This document shows, piece after piece, positions 25,726 to 38,100 of a stretch of 64,000 nt of DNA; position 1 is the first letter of the stretch; the number at the start of each line of letters is the position of its first letter. A model generated the notes under the pieces. The model had not been told where the DNA came from, did not search any database, and worked only from the letters and a program-made list of their open reading frames with translations. The DNA is from Tubiluchus corallicola (lineage: Eukaryota > Animalia > Priapulida): NCBI GenBank assembly GCA_030141605.1, contig JAQGDQ010000190.1, positions 350,638 through 414,637 on the forward strand, in the 5' to 3' direction. Position numbers and translations under genes: made by a program.

Positions 25726-26904
25726 ACGTGATTATTTAACTTTATTGCAAGACGTAGAAAATGTACGCTTCTTTTACATCTCACTATTACTTAACCAACA
25801 TGTGTAATAGACTATTATGTGTTACGTCACACAATTACGTATTCAATCAGTGTGTTTCTCTTAATCCGTAACTAAGGAATTTTGTTAGGCCACTTGTTGG
25901 TCAAGAGCTTTTTCCAGAGACTTTTCTGAAAAGTCCCTTATTTCTTTAGTTGTCTCACTTTTAACGTGTTAACTTTTCCGTTAAACAAAATAGGTCTATA
26001 AAAATTGTATAATCAACATTGTAAATGTAGTCTGTATTAGTGTTGTGTACCAGTCAGCTTTGTTTAATTTTAAATCAATGCCGTTTGCGTTTATGTAACA
26101 TTATCAGTCCACCTTTTATTTACGTAACTCTATATCTGTGATGTGGCTTAATATATTCAAATTTTATTTACATGTAAAACAATTCCCTGCAAATAGAGGG
26201 ACACCTTCTTGTAAATATTTGTTCTTTCTTTTAAAAAAGAATTATAAATATAAGGAGGCTCAGTTAAAGCAGACAGGATTCGAGGTTTGCTTTGAAAAGG
26301 CAATTTGTTGTTTCTAAAAGTTTACAAGAAATGAACAAGCCGGTACATCCTAACTGACACTTCAGAGATGTAGAAACTTAAAAGTCAAAGGTCACAGTCC
26401 TAGATTCTTAGTCTATGGTTTTAAGCCAACTTGTGACTTAGTGAAAACAGCACTATAAGAAGTTCTTAAAGAAATCCAAGATACCTGGACGATGCTTACA
26501 ACAGAAAAACAGCAAGGAGTTGAGTCATCAAAGTTGAAGGAAGATATTTTAGCTGGACATTGTCAGATCTTTATTGGATGGTTCAAGGTCAGGTGCAAAA
26601 ATTATTGCCTATCAGATACTGCAAGAAGTCGAGCAAGCAAACCTGGTTAACTTTACACAATAGCAGATGGGAGAAACTTTATTACCGTGGCATTCATGAT
26701 CGTGTGAGTGTTTCAAGTGAAACGGAAGTTTGTGTTCCCTTAGGCGTCCACCCGGTTAAAGAGTGTAGTTTCCCATAAATATTGTAATATAATAATAATA
26801 AAAATAAAAAAGAGAAAAAGTGTGCCCTATGAACACATAATCTCAGCTGGTTTAAGCTGATTCACGTTGGTTCAAAAATGATTAGATATCTAATATAGCA
26901 GTGT

Positions 26905-27119
26905 TCATGCTTCTGGTATCATTTGTCGTTCTTTATAAAACACTTCCTCCTCGTCAACTCCGTCAAATATCAAAAAGATGGCGCCGAAAAAGAGGCACAG
27001 CGCAGCCGCCCATGCTAGTCCATATGCCCAACCAAATGACCACTTTTTGTAGAAAAGAGTATCCATTTCCTGAGAAAACTTGCAGGGGAAGATTACTAGG
27101 GATGTAAGCAAGAAGGCCA
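26905..27119 (-). CDS. TMEM47: TMEM47-like (PMP22/claudin superfamily) exon 4, terminal
   Basis: Acceptor TTTTTTCCAG|TG, phase 1. Encodes VAFLLTSLVIFPCKF...WSFGWAYGLAWAAALCLFFGAIFLI...EEEVFYKER; FGWAYG-AW is the family TM4 signature. Confidence 0.88.
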
Positions 27120-27833
27120 CTGGAAAAAAACAGAAAAATAAACGCGAGTAATACTGCGCACACTTTACTGCTAATCATAAATAGCTATACAATAAATTAC
27201 ACTTAATTATAACAGGTGAGTGGTCACGCGAGTGTGACAATAGTCCATCATTCTACGATGATATCAACGAATGATACTTTGATCAGTTGTGCGTTGGAAC
27301 CGAAGTTACACAATATATAGGCTGGTTGTGAATGAGTGGGCGGTCTCAGTTGTAATCATTAACTGAATTTTGCAAATCTTGAAAAATACATGTGAAAAAG
27401 TTGAAACCCTTACAAGGACGCCGTAATCGGCAGAGCTATAATATTTTTATGAGGCTCGATCAACCAAAAAGTTTAGAGATCAATAGAGAGCTGCAACAAG
27501 GTCAATACACTTTACTGAATTTGCAATAATAATTACAGAATGTTATGCAGCCATTTGAACATAGAAAAGCTGATGTGGAAATGTTAGTCATCAGGTGGAA
27601 GTGCATCGAGGAAGGTGGCGAACGTTTGTAAAAGTCTACCAGCAAAGAAGATATTGTCATTAGTCAGATTTTCACTAAGAGAATTCTCAAAAGAGATTTC
27701 AATTCAACTAATTGAATTTTTTCAAACATTTTGCTTTGTTTGTTTTAAAAAATAAAAAAAATGTAAACTGTGAAGTGACTTTCGAGACATCACGTATAAC
27801 ACTTAAAAAAGTAAAAAAGGAAGTTTAGGTTAC

Positions 27834-27983
27834 CTCCAAATAGCATCAAGTACATGGATAACTTGTAGAAGATTTTTTTCAATTTGCGGTCTCTGGTGCA
27901 GAGGCCTACTCCTACGACGATGGTTGCTATGATATTGGCTACAATGCACAATATGCACAATGCTGCTACTGCCTTTAACCAAC
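27834..27983 (-). CDS. TMEM47: TMEM47-like exon 3
   Basis: Acceptor CTTAG|GT, donor G|GTAACC, 150 bp, phase 1-1. Encodes GWLKAVAALCILCIVANIIATIVVGVGLCTRD...YKLSMYLMLFG. Confidence 0.88.
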
Positions 27984-28970
27984 CTAAGATGATAATGAAC
28001 ATTGTTATTTAAAAAATTATACAATCGCCAAGCATGCTCACAGTAGTATACACTTGTACGGAACATCTAGTAATTACAAAATGCAATAAATAAATATATT
28101 AATGATTTAACTTTCTTGTTTTTAGTTTTGCAAGCTAGTGGCAGTCAGGAACCGGTTCAGCAAGTTGTCGAAGCCTTAAGTTCAGAAAATGGCGCTGGGT
28201 GATACTCGAATTGGATATTGCGGTTGTGAATGTGAACTAATGTGACATATCCTAAAAAGTGATGTCTCTATCTTGTTATCCTTACAACCAACTGGCAGTT
28301 TTGAAAAAAATCATCAGATTAATAGAATGACTGCAATATTTGTACTACTTTCTTATAATTCCACTCCAGAAAGTGTTACAATGCAGGGTCTTTTGTATTT
28401 TGCAACAAGGATTGTTTTTTTTAAATTCGGTAATAATTATAGGGTTTCGTGGATACTTTTCTACAAACCTACTTTTACAAGAACTGTCTTTATATACTAA
28501 GAGTTTAATATATCAATTTAGATTAACAACAATCTATTTTTTCTCTATTTTATCTTACACCATCGCCAGTCGCTGGGGCATAATTCCTCATCTGAAGTGA
28601 TTTATTGCCTTGCTTGGATTCTTTTCGAAAAAGTCATTCAATACACGATAATAACAATAAAATGACGGCAACGACACCAATTTTAATGTTTACGACACTC
28701 AAAGACGACAACAACAATAACACCAACAACAAACGTTGTAAATAAAATGTTAAAAATATACAACATTAACAAATTTTCGTACTTATCGTGTGTATTATTA
28801 TAAATATCAAGAAATTTTCGGCTAAATCAAACTACGAGTATTTAGACACTTTTCTCAAATGACCTGGCAACTAACAATATCATTAATTATTATGACTGTG
28901 ATAGCCAGAGTTTATGAGCCATTGCGGTTTATTTTAATAATTATATATTACACACTGCAGGTAATGAGTA

Positions 28971-29066
28971 AGAGAAAGGAGACGCTGAAAAATTGTGGAG
29001 TGGTCGGGATATGAACCCTAGGCCTGGGACTAGTATTTCCATGCTCTGCCAGCTGAGCTACTAGTC
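28971..29066 (-). mobile_element. tRNA-derived SINE copy (same family as the 23.2-23.7 kb cluster)
   Basis: Minus strand: TAGCTCAGCTGGCAGAGCA (A box) ... GGTTCATATCCCG (B box) ... CACAATTTTTCAGCGTCTCCTTTCT. A more decayed copy lies near 35245-35330. Confidence 0.75.
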
Positions 29067-29663
29067 GGAAGCAGGCCCGATATTTCCTCCTTGTAGCAAA
29101 GCAATTTCATGTTGAAGTTTCGTATTTATGATGAGATGCATAGAGTGCATATTATTACATTTTATAGTATAGACGCAGGATGACTGCAAGAATTATAGCC
29201 ATGAGTTTGCATGGCTGCATAGACAATCTTCAAATAGTAACAGGTCAAAAGGCGTCATCTTGATCGCGTTTTTAATTTTATATTTCTGAAGGTAGTTACT
29301 GTGTCTCGAGAATATCGAGCGTCAAGACGTCAGACATACTCTTGTGCTACAAGGCAGTGCTTATGTGTTGAAAGAGGTGTTCATATCATTAACGTAACAA
29401 GAAGAATTCCATCTTTGAAGGATATCTTTAGGAGGCTTTCTGATGTTTTGTAGCCAGGAGTTTTCTGTAGCCAGCTGTACCTCGAAAACATTGTGGTTTT
29501 TACAGTTATAATTATCATAAATTGTTATTATGATTATTAAAATGCAAATCTGTATGTAATTCACAGCTGAGATCGTTTAAACCACAAGAAAACACTCCTC
29601 ATAAATAAAGCTTAAAAATTCGTCTCGAAATTTTATATCACTTACATGCTGTCTTATTGGAAA

Positions 29664-29900
29664 TAGAGCTTACGTTAACAGCAACGCTGTATAAAACTTG
29701 TAAATTTAAATTCCCGCGATAACTGTTAGGCGCAGCCATTTTAACGTAAGTCGTTTGCTACAAGTTAGAAAAAATAATCACAGCATTCCTTGCACACTTT
29801 TCACTAACTAATCGAAAGTATAAATTACTTTATCTTGTCAAGAAGATCGATAATGTGTTTTTGGTGAACAAATGGTGCACACTGGGATGGTGACGCAGTG
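29664..29900. repeat. Interspersed repeat, copy 1 (homologous to 46752-47010)
   Basis: AGAGCTTACGTTAACAGCAACGCTGTATAAAACTTGTAAATTTAAATTCC...TTAGGCGCAGCCATTTTAA...TGGTGCACACTGGGATG aligns by eye with the 46.75-kb copy. Confidence 0.7.
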
Positions 29901-32094
29901 CTGGTGGCGCGAATATTTTAAATTATTAAAAAAAAATTCAGTTACATAAGTCATTCAGCTAAGCATAGTGCTGAATAATATAACTTTGTGTAAAAAGTTT
30001 TTTAAGTCGTACTTTAAATTTCCCCTTTCTTCCCCTTTAAACTTTAAAGCTAGAGAGCTAGATTTTACAGAAATGCGGGGGGGGGGGGGGCAGCAGGTGA
30101 CATAATAGCATTTGACGGTAAAACGAATTGATACTGAAATCCCTTAAGACTAAGAGAATGTGCGAGTTGCGAGGCTGTATACAATTCTGTTGGATACACA
30201 AAACTTAGGTCTACGATTTGAACTGCGTAGCTAAATGAATTACTCAGTAAATTTTACTCTCATTAACAGTTCGGACTTGCCGTTCCACAGTATAGTTCCG
30301 ATAAAAGTAAAGAATAAATAAAAAAAGAAAAAATCTTTTATGCGCATAAGAGTGAAGGAATGGTGTCCTGGTGACTGGGTGGGAAGTTAGTTGCTGGCTT
30401 AGGGGTGCGCTTCTTTGGTTGTGTACGTGTGATTGTGAGTTGCTGGGAGTTGACTGGCCGAGGAGTGGGCAAACGTTTATGTACATATGCTTTCGTATCT
30501 TCTTGACAAGCTTGATTTTAGCTTGTTCAGAAAAACTTGCTAGCACAACAGCCTGCGTTAAACAGGCCTCAAATAGGTGTATAACCAAAATTTGGCTCAG
30601 CTACGACAGCTGAGTTTTACACTTTCTCGCGAAAAACGACCATACTCCATTATTTGACTGTCTAATTCGCAAATGACTTATCTAACTTGCATTCAATCAA
30701 AATAAGAATTTTACATTAATTTGAGGCAAATTAAAAAAGAGAGAAAGTCGAGGCAAAAGTAGAAAAGTATGCATTATTGCACTAACAGTTCTAAAAGCTC
30801 CAAGCTGAATGACGCCTGTTAACTGAACATTTTATATCTTACCTGACTCACCTGAACTCCACAAGCGCAGCACGTAACAAAAGCAGGATGCTATATTTCA
30901 ATTAATTTTGTTGTTCAATTGCGCTAAAAATCACTAAGAGCAGAATTTTAATAACCCAAAGTGACTTACAAGAACTGATACATTTTAGAAAAACTCAGTC
31001 ATGTGCCTTGCAGGCTTAATTATGATTTACAGCATGATAAATTTTTCCATTTAATTTCACAATAAAATTGATTCCCAAACGAAAAAGTGCAGATTATTTT
31101 AGAAAAACCGCAAATGGCTCCAAATTGAAAAAATATGCATTTAATATTTCAGTTAATATGCCACATTTTGTAGGCATAAGCGAAATCCTTCAATTGTTTT
31201 ACTACACTGCTGGATTAAAATGAAAATTTAATTCGCCGCCCCCGGTGGGGTTCGGGGCTTATATTGGAGCGAAAACCATGTATTTTCCCCGGTTTTAGGC
31301 CTTTAATGACCGAATAAAGCTGAGTTCAGTAAGCAGTTTTTTTACTGTTTTTCGCCATTAACGATACAAAATTTAGGTCTTAATTAAAAAAAACAGTAAT
31401 TGCTTTTTAATCAACGAATTAATTGTTTTTCATCAGCTAGCTTTTATACATTACTCGGTATAAGCTTTGGTCTATTTTCAGCATTTAGCCGAATCACAGA
31501 GCAAACGAAGTAAGCTAAGGTGCATTATCTTCAATTTACATGTTGACATACTTCTGTCAAAGACTATTACGTCAATTAATCACAGAAAAATTTTGTTACA
31601 CCATAGTGCACCTTTACAACATGTTACACCATAGTGACTAAAGCAAAATTAGTTACTATGCGGTAAAATGAGTTGTGCACAAACGTTTTTCTTTTTTCCT
31701 GAAAAGTGGCAAGAAAAGTGGGTCGCAGCACGTTATCATGAAGTGGCAGTAGCAGTTCAGTACAATTATAAACTACTTGCGTCCATTGTTATCATCTACA
31801 GTTCAATTTTTCAAACTGAAAGATGGAAATTGTGTTACTAGCATGCATTACGGATAGGCTTACAATTAATTAAATGGGGAGACTACTAATTGTGCGACCC
31901 GGCGAAACATTGTTTTTTTTTCTTTAGGTGCGGGGTCTGTAATTTGAGGTTCCCGGTCTGCGACCCTAACAGACGCTGAGCACTTTAAGCACTGGCTGGA
32001 ACCAATTTTAAACATTCAAATTAGTTGTCGGAAAACAGGATTGTTTTTACTGTTTACAAAAGAACATGTAACGTTTGCGAGTTATAAAACTCAC

Positions 32095-32305
32095 CATCAG
32101 GATCAGTTATCGTTGAGCATCCTTCATCAGGTGGTGTGTCAAACGGATACGGGTGTATATCCTCAGAAGTCGTATTCTCTGGGAGCTCTGCTACGCATTT
32201 CTTCCATATGCCTTGTCTGTAGGCGTTTGTCTGTAGCCAGAACGTACTAGCTAGACACACCATTAGCATCACCAGTGTGAGGCAGCAGCAGATGAAAGAT
32301 ATTAC
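32095..32305 (-). CDS. TMEM47: TMEM47-like exon 2
   Basis: Acceptor TTTCAG|GTA (phase 0), donor G|GTGAGT (phase 1). Encodes VISFICCCLTLVMLMVCLASTFWLQTNAYRQGIWKKC...GC, which carries the claudin W-GLW-C-C motif. Confidence 0.88.
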
Positions 32306-34527
32306 CTGAAAGAAATCACTTATCAGAATAAGACAAGAATGAAGCGTAAGGCAAACCAAATAAATAGATAAATAAACAAGAGGTAAACAACTAAGCAAGT
32401 AATCACGAAGAACAGTAAAGTAGTCAGGTAGGAAACAAGCAAACAAAAAGTTGATGAAACTCGGTTAATTAATTAAGAAAATCGACAAGAAGCTGATATC
32501 GGAGGGCGCAGAAAAAATGCCCCAAAGTTTAGACTACCATAATATTAGAAGCAAGCGCCCTGCAAAGTTGAAATTTCAGAGCATGATACTACAATACATT
32601 GTCTTTTGGCTGCGAAAATTACAGTTTGTTGCTTTAGTGGTTTTTAAGTTATGGCCGAAAAGCTCTTGCACATTAAAAATTTCATTGCTGGAACAGTGCC
32701 AGCCAAATCATCTATTGAAAAGCAGCCATGCTGAGGTATAAAACACTTAATAGATGGCAGCAAAATCACTTAAATCACTTTACATCATTGTCATCATCAC
32801 CATGAAACATAAAGAACTAAAATATTTATCCATAAAAATGGGACTTAATCCTCTGGCCTACAGTATTTCATGTTCCCTTAAAGAGAATAAGTATGACGGT
32901 CACGCAGAGCCGTTTGATGCAGAGGAACTAAAAGGCAAAAACTAGGAAATTGTAAATTGTGTTAGCTGTTGGAACAAACGCCTTCTAGTTTGCATTGAAA
33001 ATGGTGGACACGTAGAGTACTTGCTGTAAATTTTAACAATAGTGACAATAGAAACGTTTTCCGGTATTTATTCTTTTGACTTTTTGTTTTAAATGTTCTG
33101 CATGTTTGGAGAAATCTAAGGGGATGACCAGAACTTGGCGTTTACACGAAAGCCTTTGTAACATCAATGTAATAAGTTTCAAGTGATTCCGTTATATTCT
33201 TATAATAATGTCAATAAGAGAAAGATCAGAAGGGAAAATCATCAAGCACGCGAATCCACAAAAAACAAAACAACTAACTATAAAACAAAAGGTAGGTCAA
33301 AAGTTTGTGACCAGCAGAAATCTAAAGGCAGCCAGATGGCAGGGAAGTAAAGAAGGAATGGTCATGAACTAAGTAGACCTTGTTTTTTAAAAATTTCTTT
33401 TTCTCGAAACGAACGGCTTCGTGAGTGAAAAAGCTGCATCAGGTATTGATCACTAGTCAAAGGTCATTGTTCTGTAGAGTTAGGTAGCTATGTAACAGGA
33501 ACTAAGAAAGAGGTGGAAAAAAAGCCAAGCAAACAGGCAGAGCCAGGCAAAAATTTTAAAATGTGCATTTTTAATGTAAAATGGCTATGCCTAATTTTTA
33601 ACCTATTATTATTATTATTATTATTATTTATTGTTATTATTATGAAAAGGAAACCACAAAAGCAAGTAATTTATTAGGAACAAATACCTGCTTAATATTT
33701 ATTTAACGATAGGCAAGCAAATAAGAAATGGGCCACTAAAACAACTGACTAATTTGGTCCCATATTATGGCAACCAAATAGAGTTAAATAGGCAAAGTGT
33801 AGACTGGATGACGGTTGCTGCTGGAGCCAGAGGATGGTTGTGTTATAGACAGGAAAACGAAAATTAGAACAGAATTTGGAAAAATCAGAGATAAGCAGGA
33901 AAATAAGAGGTAGATAAATATAAGGAAAGGTAGGCACCATATAAGAATAAGAACCAGCAAGCATATGTATAATTTTAAAAGCGATTAAGTAAATCAAATG
34001 TATTTTAGGCAACAGGTAGGCAAAGAAAGCAGTCAAATATGAATGACATGCGATACGACAAAGATGTGTACGATAAATTTGTTCTCGGAACTTACAACCG
34101 GGAAAGTTGGCTAGAATTCGGCAAACAAAGGTGCGCTAAAAGAAAATAGCTAATCTCTGATTTGAAATGAAAATCTCACCGAGTACTGTGTTGTTTGCGT
34201 TCTGAGCCAAGGTACAAAAATATTAGTAATAGAAGCTAAAATAATAAAAATAATTCCTACTATGCATATGCGCTGCACGATAAATCATTAATGACTATGA
34301 TGATGATGAAAAATGTGTTCTATGAGAACGGCGGCTTCAGTGAAGCCAAGTCACTGACTCAGCATACCACTGTCCATTAATCACTTCTATTAAAAACAAC
34401 TCTGTGATTGAGAGAAGTAGCGATGGATATCACTGATGCAGCTTAAATTCTGAAAGTTTAGATTTCATACAGTAACTACTGAAGCTCAAGAAACTGACCA
34501 CATAAATGTTACTCATGATATAATTAC

Positions 34528-34566
34528 CTGCAATGTTCGTGCAACTTTTTTCCGCACCTTTATCAT
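34528..34566 (-). CDS. TMEM47: TMEM47-like probable coding exon 1 (MIKVRKKVARTLQ); full CDS 615 nt, 204 aa
   Basis: AAAATG start context. Phase-0 donor CAG|GTAATT joins to VISFI. ARTLQ-VI resembles the (V)RPLK-VI N-terminus of TMEM47 homologues. Confidence 0.6.
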
Positions 34567-35841
34567 TTTTATAATAACGGCACTTGCGCATGCGTTGTCC
34601 TGATCTGTTTCGAGTTTTAGTAATTTTTGCGCATCAGAGGTCCGATTTCAGAGTTACCCCTTTTTATTTTCGCATAGCAGGGTGATCAATTATTTGCAAA
34701 GAATGTCTAAATGAGTGTTCACTCTGATTTATCAGATTGTAACACAAAGTTCCGACGCATAACACGGATCAATTCCTCTTTCACAAACAATTGTTGTCCA
34801 TGGCTTTTGTTCGTTGACCAGAAACACACCAGCTCGCTATGTAGATCACTCTTATCATTATAATATTATGTTGTGTAATGGCATGTTGTTTAATAACAAC
34901 ACAAATAAAAAGCATTCGTTTTCATCAAATGGTATTCACGATCCACTCTATAAACACTAGGTGGAATTATATAGTACGAAATAATTTATCTCACGGTTTG
35001 TGGTCAATGAAAATTTGTCATCATTTATACTTAGTTTATGACTTAACAGCGATAATAAAATAAAACGTCTTTACGTTAATCTCACAAAAAACCGTAACTA
35101 TTTACGAAATGATTTACTGAATGATATCTGTGGAATGATATCACAGAATGATAGACGGTGATAAGCTAGAATAATTAAGAAACATACAACGGTTTATGTA
35201 TAAGCAATAATTAGCCTAACTAACGGCTAAATCAAAGACGGACGAAGACGCTGAAAAATTGTAAGCCAATGACAATTGGAACCTAAAATATACTGCTTGA
35301 ATAAAAGCCTGGTAATTTGACTCATAGCTAACATTTGCGGATTGCATAAGAATTTGTGTTCAGTGTAAGTTTCAGAGTCTTAACTTTGAAATCACTCAAT
35401 ATCCTACGGTTCAGTTTCGCAAATGCCTTGCAAGAAACACGAAATTTGACTTCAGAATGGCTGTAATTCCCAAATTACATCGAAGTTTCCTCTGACACTA
35501 ATTTGTTTCCTTCATACACTTGTTTTGTTGGAAGCTGAAACCCTGGGAAAACAAGAAATCTAATTACGTTACAGGGAAAATCTTTCTCATACTAATGGCT
35601 TTTAGTCATCCATGCACTCAAATAAGCAGGACGCATGCAGTGTGCAGACACGTTAAATAATTAAGTAGGCATAAGAAAAGACCAACCAGATCTGTGACAC
35701 AACGCCTATGAAAATGTAAGTGAACTTTTGCTCGGGATTCACAGTCAGGTGGTCTCAATGCTTCGTGACCAGCTGGGTTCGATACTTGCTTTAGTCAGTT
35801 TCAATCGCCCATTGTTCATCTTCATATTAGAGGGATATATT

Positions 35842-35958
35842 TGATAATAAGCCAGGGCTGATAATAAACCAGGGCTGATAATAAGCCAGGGCTGATAATG
35901 AGCCAGGGCTGATAATAAACCAGGGCTGATAATAAACCAGGGCTGATAATAAACCAGG
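35842..35958. repeat. 17-bp minisatellite (TGATAATAA(A/G)CCAGGGC) x about 7
   Basis: Seen directly. Confidence 0.93.
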
Positions 35959-36649
35959 CCAGGCTCCTGTCACGGCGCCAAAGATCATCAGAGTTACGGG
36001 TTGTAGAGTGGAGAATTACATAAAATAAGTAAAAAAAAACGTGTTTAATGTTTGACTTTAGTCTTGATTCTGCAATAGTTAAGCTTGCATACCTGTGCTG
36101 TTTTGCCCAAATTGATCTGCCCAGGTTATATTTTAGGCACCATAGACTTGTGACAAGAAAAGATATCATTTGACCAAGTGGTTTAATATAATGACGGACG
36201 TATCGATCAAATATACCACGCCGAGGCAGAAAGCTTTGTGTTCAATGTTTGCTAAATTTTGAAGAGCGGCTTCCTGCCTTAATGGAAAAGCAACGCTTTA
36301 GTAACTACCGTAGATTGTTCACTTGTTCACAAAACGAGGATTGGTGTAAAACTGTGTTGTTCATTAAAATATAAAGAAAGGGAATGTGTTTTCATGTAGC
36401 AACTTTAAAATTGTTACAAATTGGGGTGTAAGGATTCGTGAAAAAAGTGTGGTTTCACGCGAAACAGAATTTTTTATAAGACATTATGGTTGAACAAAAT
36501 CAACAGTTTACCCGAATCTTTGAATTAATTGTGACTATCCACTCTGAGCTGAGATTTGATTTGTAGTTAAAGACTTACGTAATCTTACCAGACAAATAAG
36601 CGTCTAACTAACAGCAAGTTGCAACAACAGTGCAACAATAATTAAAGCC

Positions 36650-38100
36650 TATAATGTGTAATAGCACAACCAAACAGTTTGTGAGTAAGTAAGGTGTTGT
36701 AAGTTTGTAATAGCATAGCCACGTAGTCTATGAGTAAGTAATGTGTAGTAAGCCTGTAACAGCATAGCCACACAGTCTGTGAGTAAGTAATGTGTAGAAA
36801 GGCCTGTAATAGCATAGCTGCGCAGTCTGTGAGTAAGTAACGTGCAGTAAAGCCTGTAATAGCATAGCTGCACAGTCTGTGAGTAAGTAATATGTAGTAA
36901 GCTTGTAATAGCGCAGCCACACAGTCTGTGAGTAAGTAATGTATAGTAAGCTTGTAATAGCGCAGCCACACAGTCTGTGAGTAAGTAATGTGTAGTAAGT
37001 TTGTAATAGCATAGCCACGTAGTATATGAGTAAGTAATGTGTAGTAAGTTTGTAACAGCATAGCCACACAGTCTGTGAGTAAGTAATGTGTAGAAAGGCC
37101 TATAATAGCATAGCTGCGCAGTCTGTGAGTCAGTAATGCGTAGTGAGACCTGTAATAGCGCAGCCACACTTTCTGTGAGGAAGTAATGTGTAGAAAGGCC
37201 TGTAATAGCATAGCTGCGCAGCCTGTGAATCAGTAATGCGTAGTGAGGCCTGCAATAGCGCAGCCACACTTTCTGTGAGGAAGTAATGTGTAGAAAGGCC
37301 TGTAATAGCATAGCTGCACAGTCTGTGAGTAAGTAATGTGTCGTAAGGCCTGTAATAGCGCACACAGTCTGTGAGTAAGTAATGTATAGTAAGCTTGTAA
37401 TAGCGCAACCACACAGTCTGTGAGTCAGTAATATATAGTAAGCTTGTAATAGCGCAACCACACAGTCTGTGAGTCAGTAATGTATAGTAAGCTTGTAATA
37501 GCGCAACCACACAGTCTGTGAGTCAGGAATGTATAGTAAGCTTGTAATAGCGCAGCCACACAGTCAGTGAGTAAGTAATGTATAGTACCCTTGTAATAGC
37601 GCAGCCACACAGTCTGTGAGTCAGTAATGCATAGTAAGCTTGTAATAGCGCAGCCATACAGTCTGTGAGTCAGGAATGTATAGTAAGCTTGTAACAGCAA
37701 CCACACAGTCTGTGAGTAAGTAATGTATAGTAACCTTGTAACAGCGCAGCCACACAGTATGTGAATCAGTAATGTATAGTAAGCTTGTAATAGCGCAGCC
37801 ACACAGTCTGTGAGTAAGTAATGTATAGTAGCCTTGTAACAGCGCAGCCACACAGTCTGTGAGTAAGTAATGTTATAGTAAGCTTGTAATAGCGCAGCCA
37901 CACAGTCTGTGAGTAAGTAATGTATAGTAACCTTGTAACAGCGCAGCCACACAGTATGTGAGTCAGTAATGTATAGTAAGCTTGTAACAGCGCAGCCACA
38001 CAATCTGTGAGTAAGTAATGTTATAGTAATCTTGTAACAGTAGCCACACAGTCTGTGAGTAAGTAATGTATAGTAAGCTTGTAATAGCGCAGCCACACAG
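36650..38100. repeat. 49-bp minisatellite (GCTTGTAATAGCGCAGCCACACAGTCTGTGAGTAAGTAATGTATAGTAA) x about 29
   Basis: Tandem array seen directly. It explains all overlapping repetitive ORFs at 36.6-38.1 kb. Confidence 0.97.

Noticed and set aside
28971-29066. Possible tRNA gene (also 23211-23305, about 35730-35790 and about 48235-48310)
   Set aside because: A/B boxes are present, but I could not build a proper acceptor stem or cloverleaf. The copies at 23.2 and 29.0 kb share a non-tRNA tail, so they are treated as SINE relics.
30077-30090. G14 run (G-quadruplex potential)
   Set aside because: Isolated intronic homopolymer with no supporting context.
36642-38096. Many overlapping ORFs up to 270 aa
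   Set aside because: Translations of the 49-bp minisatellite.
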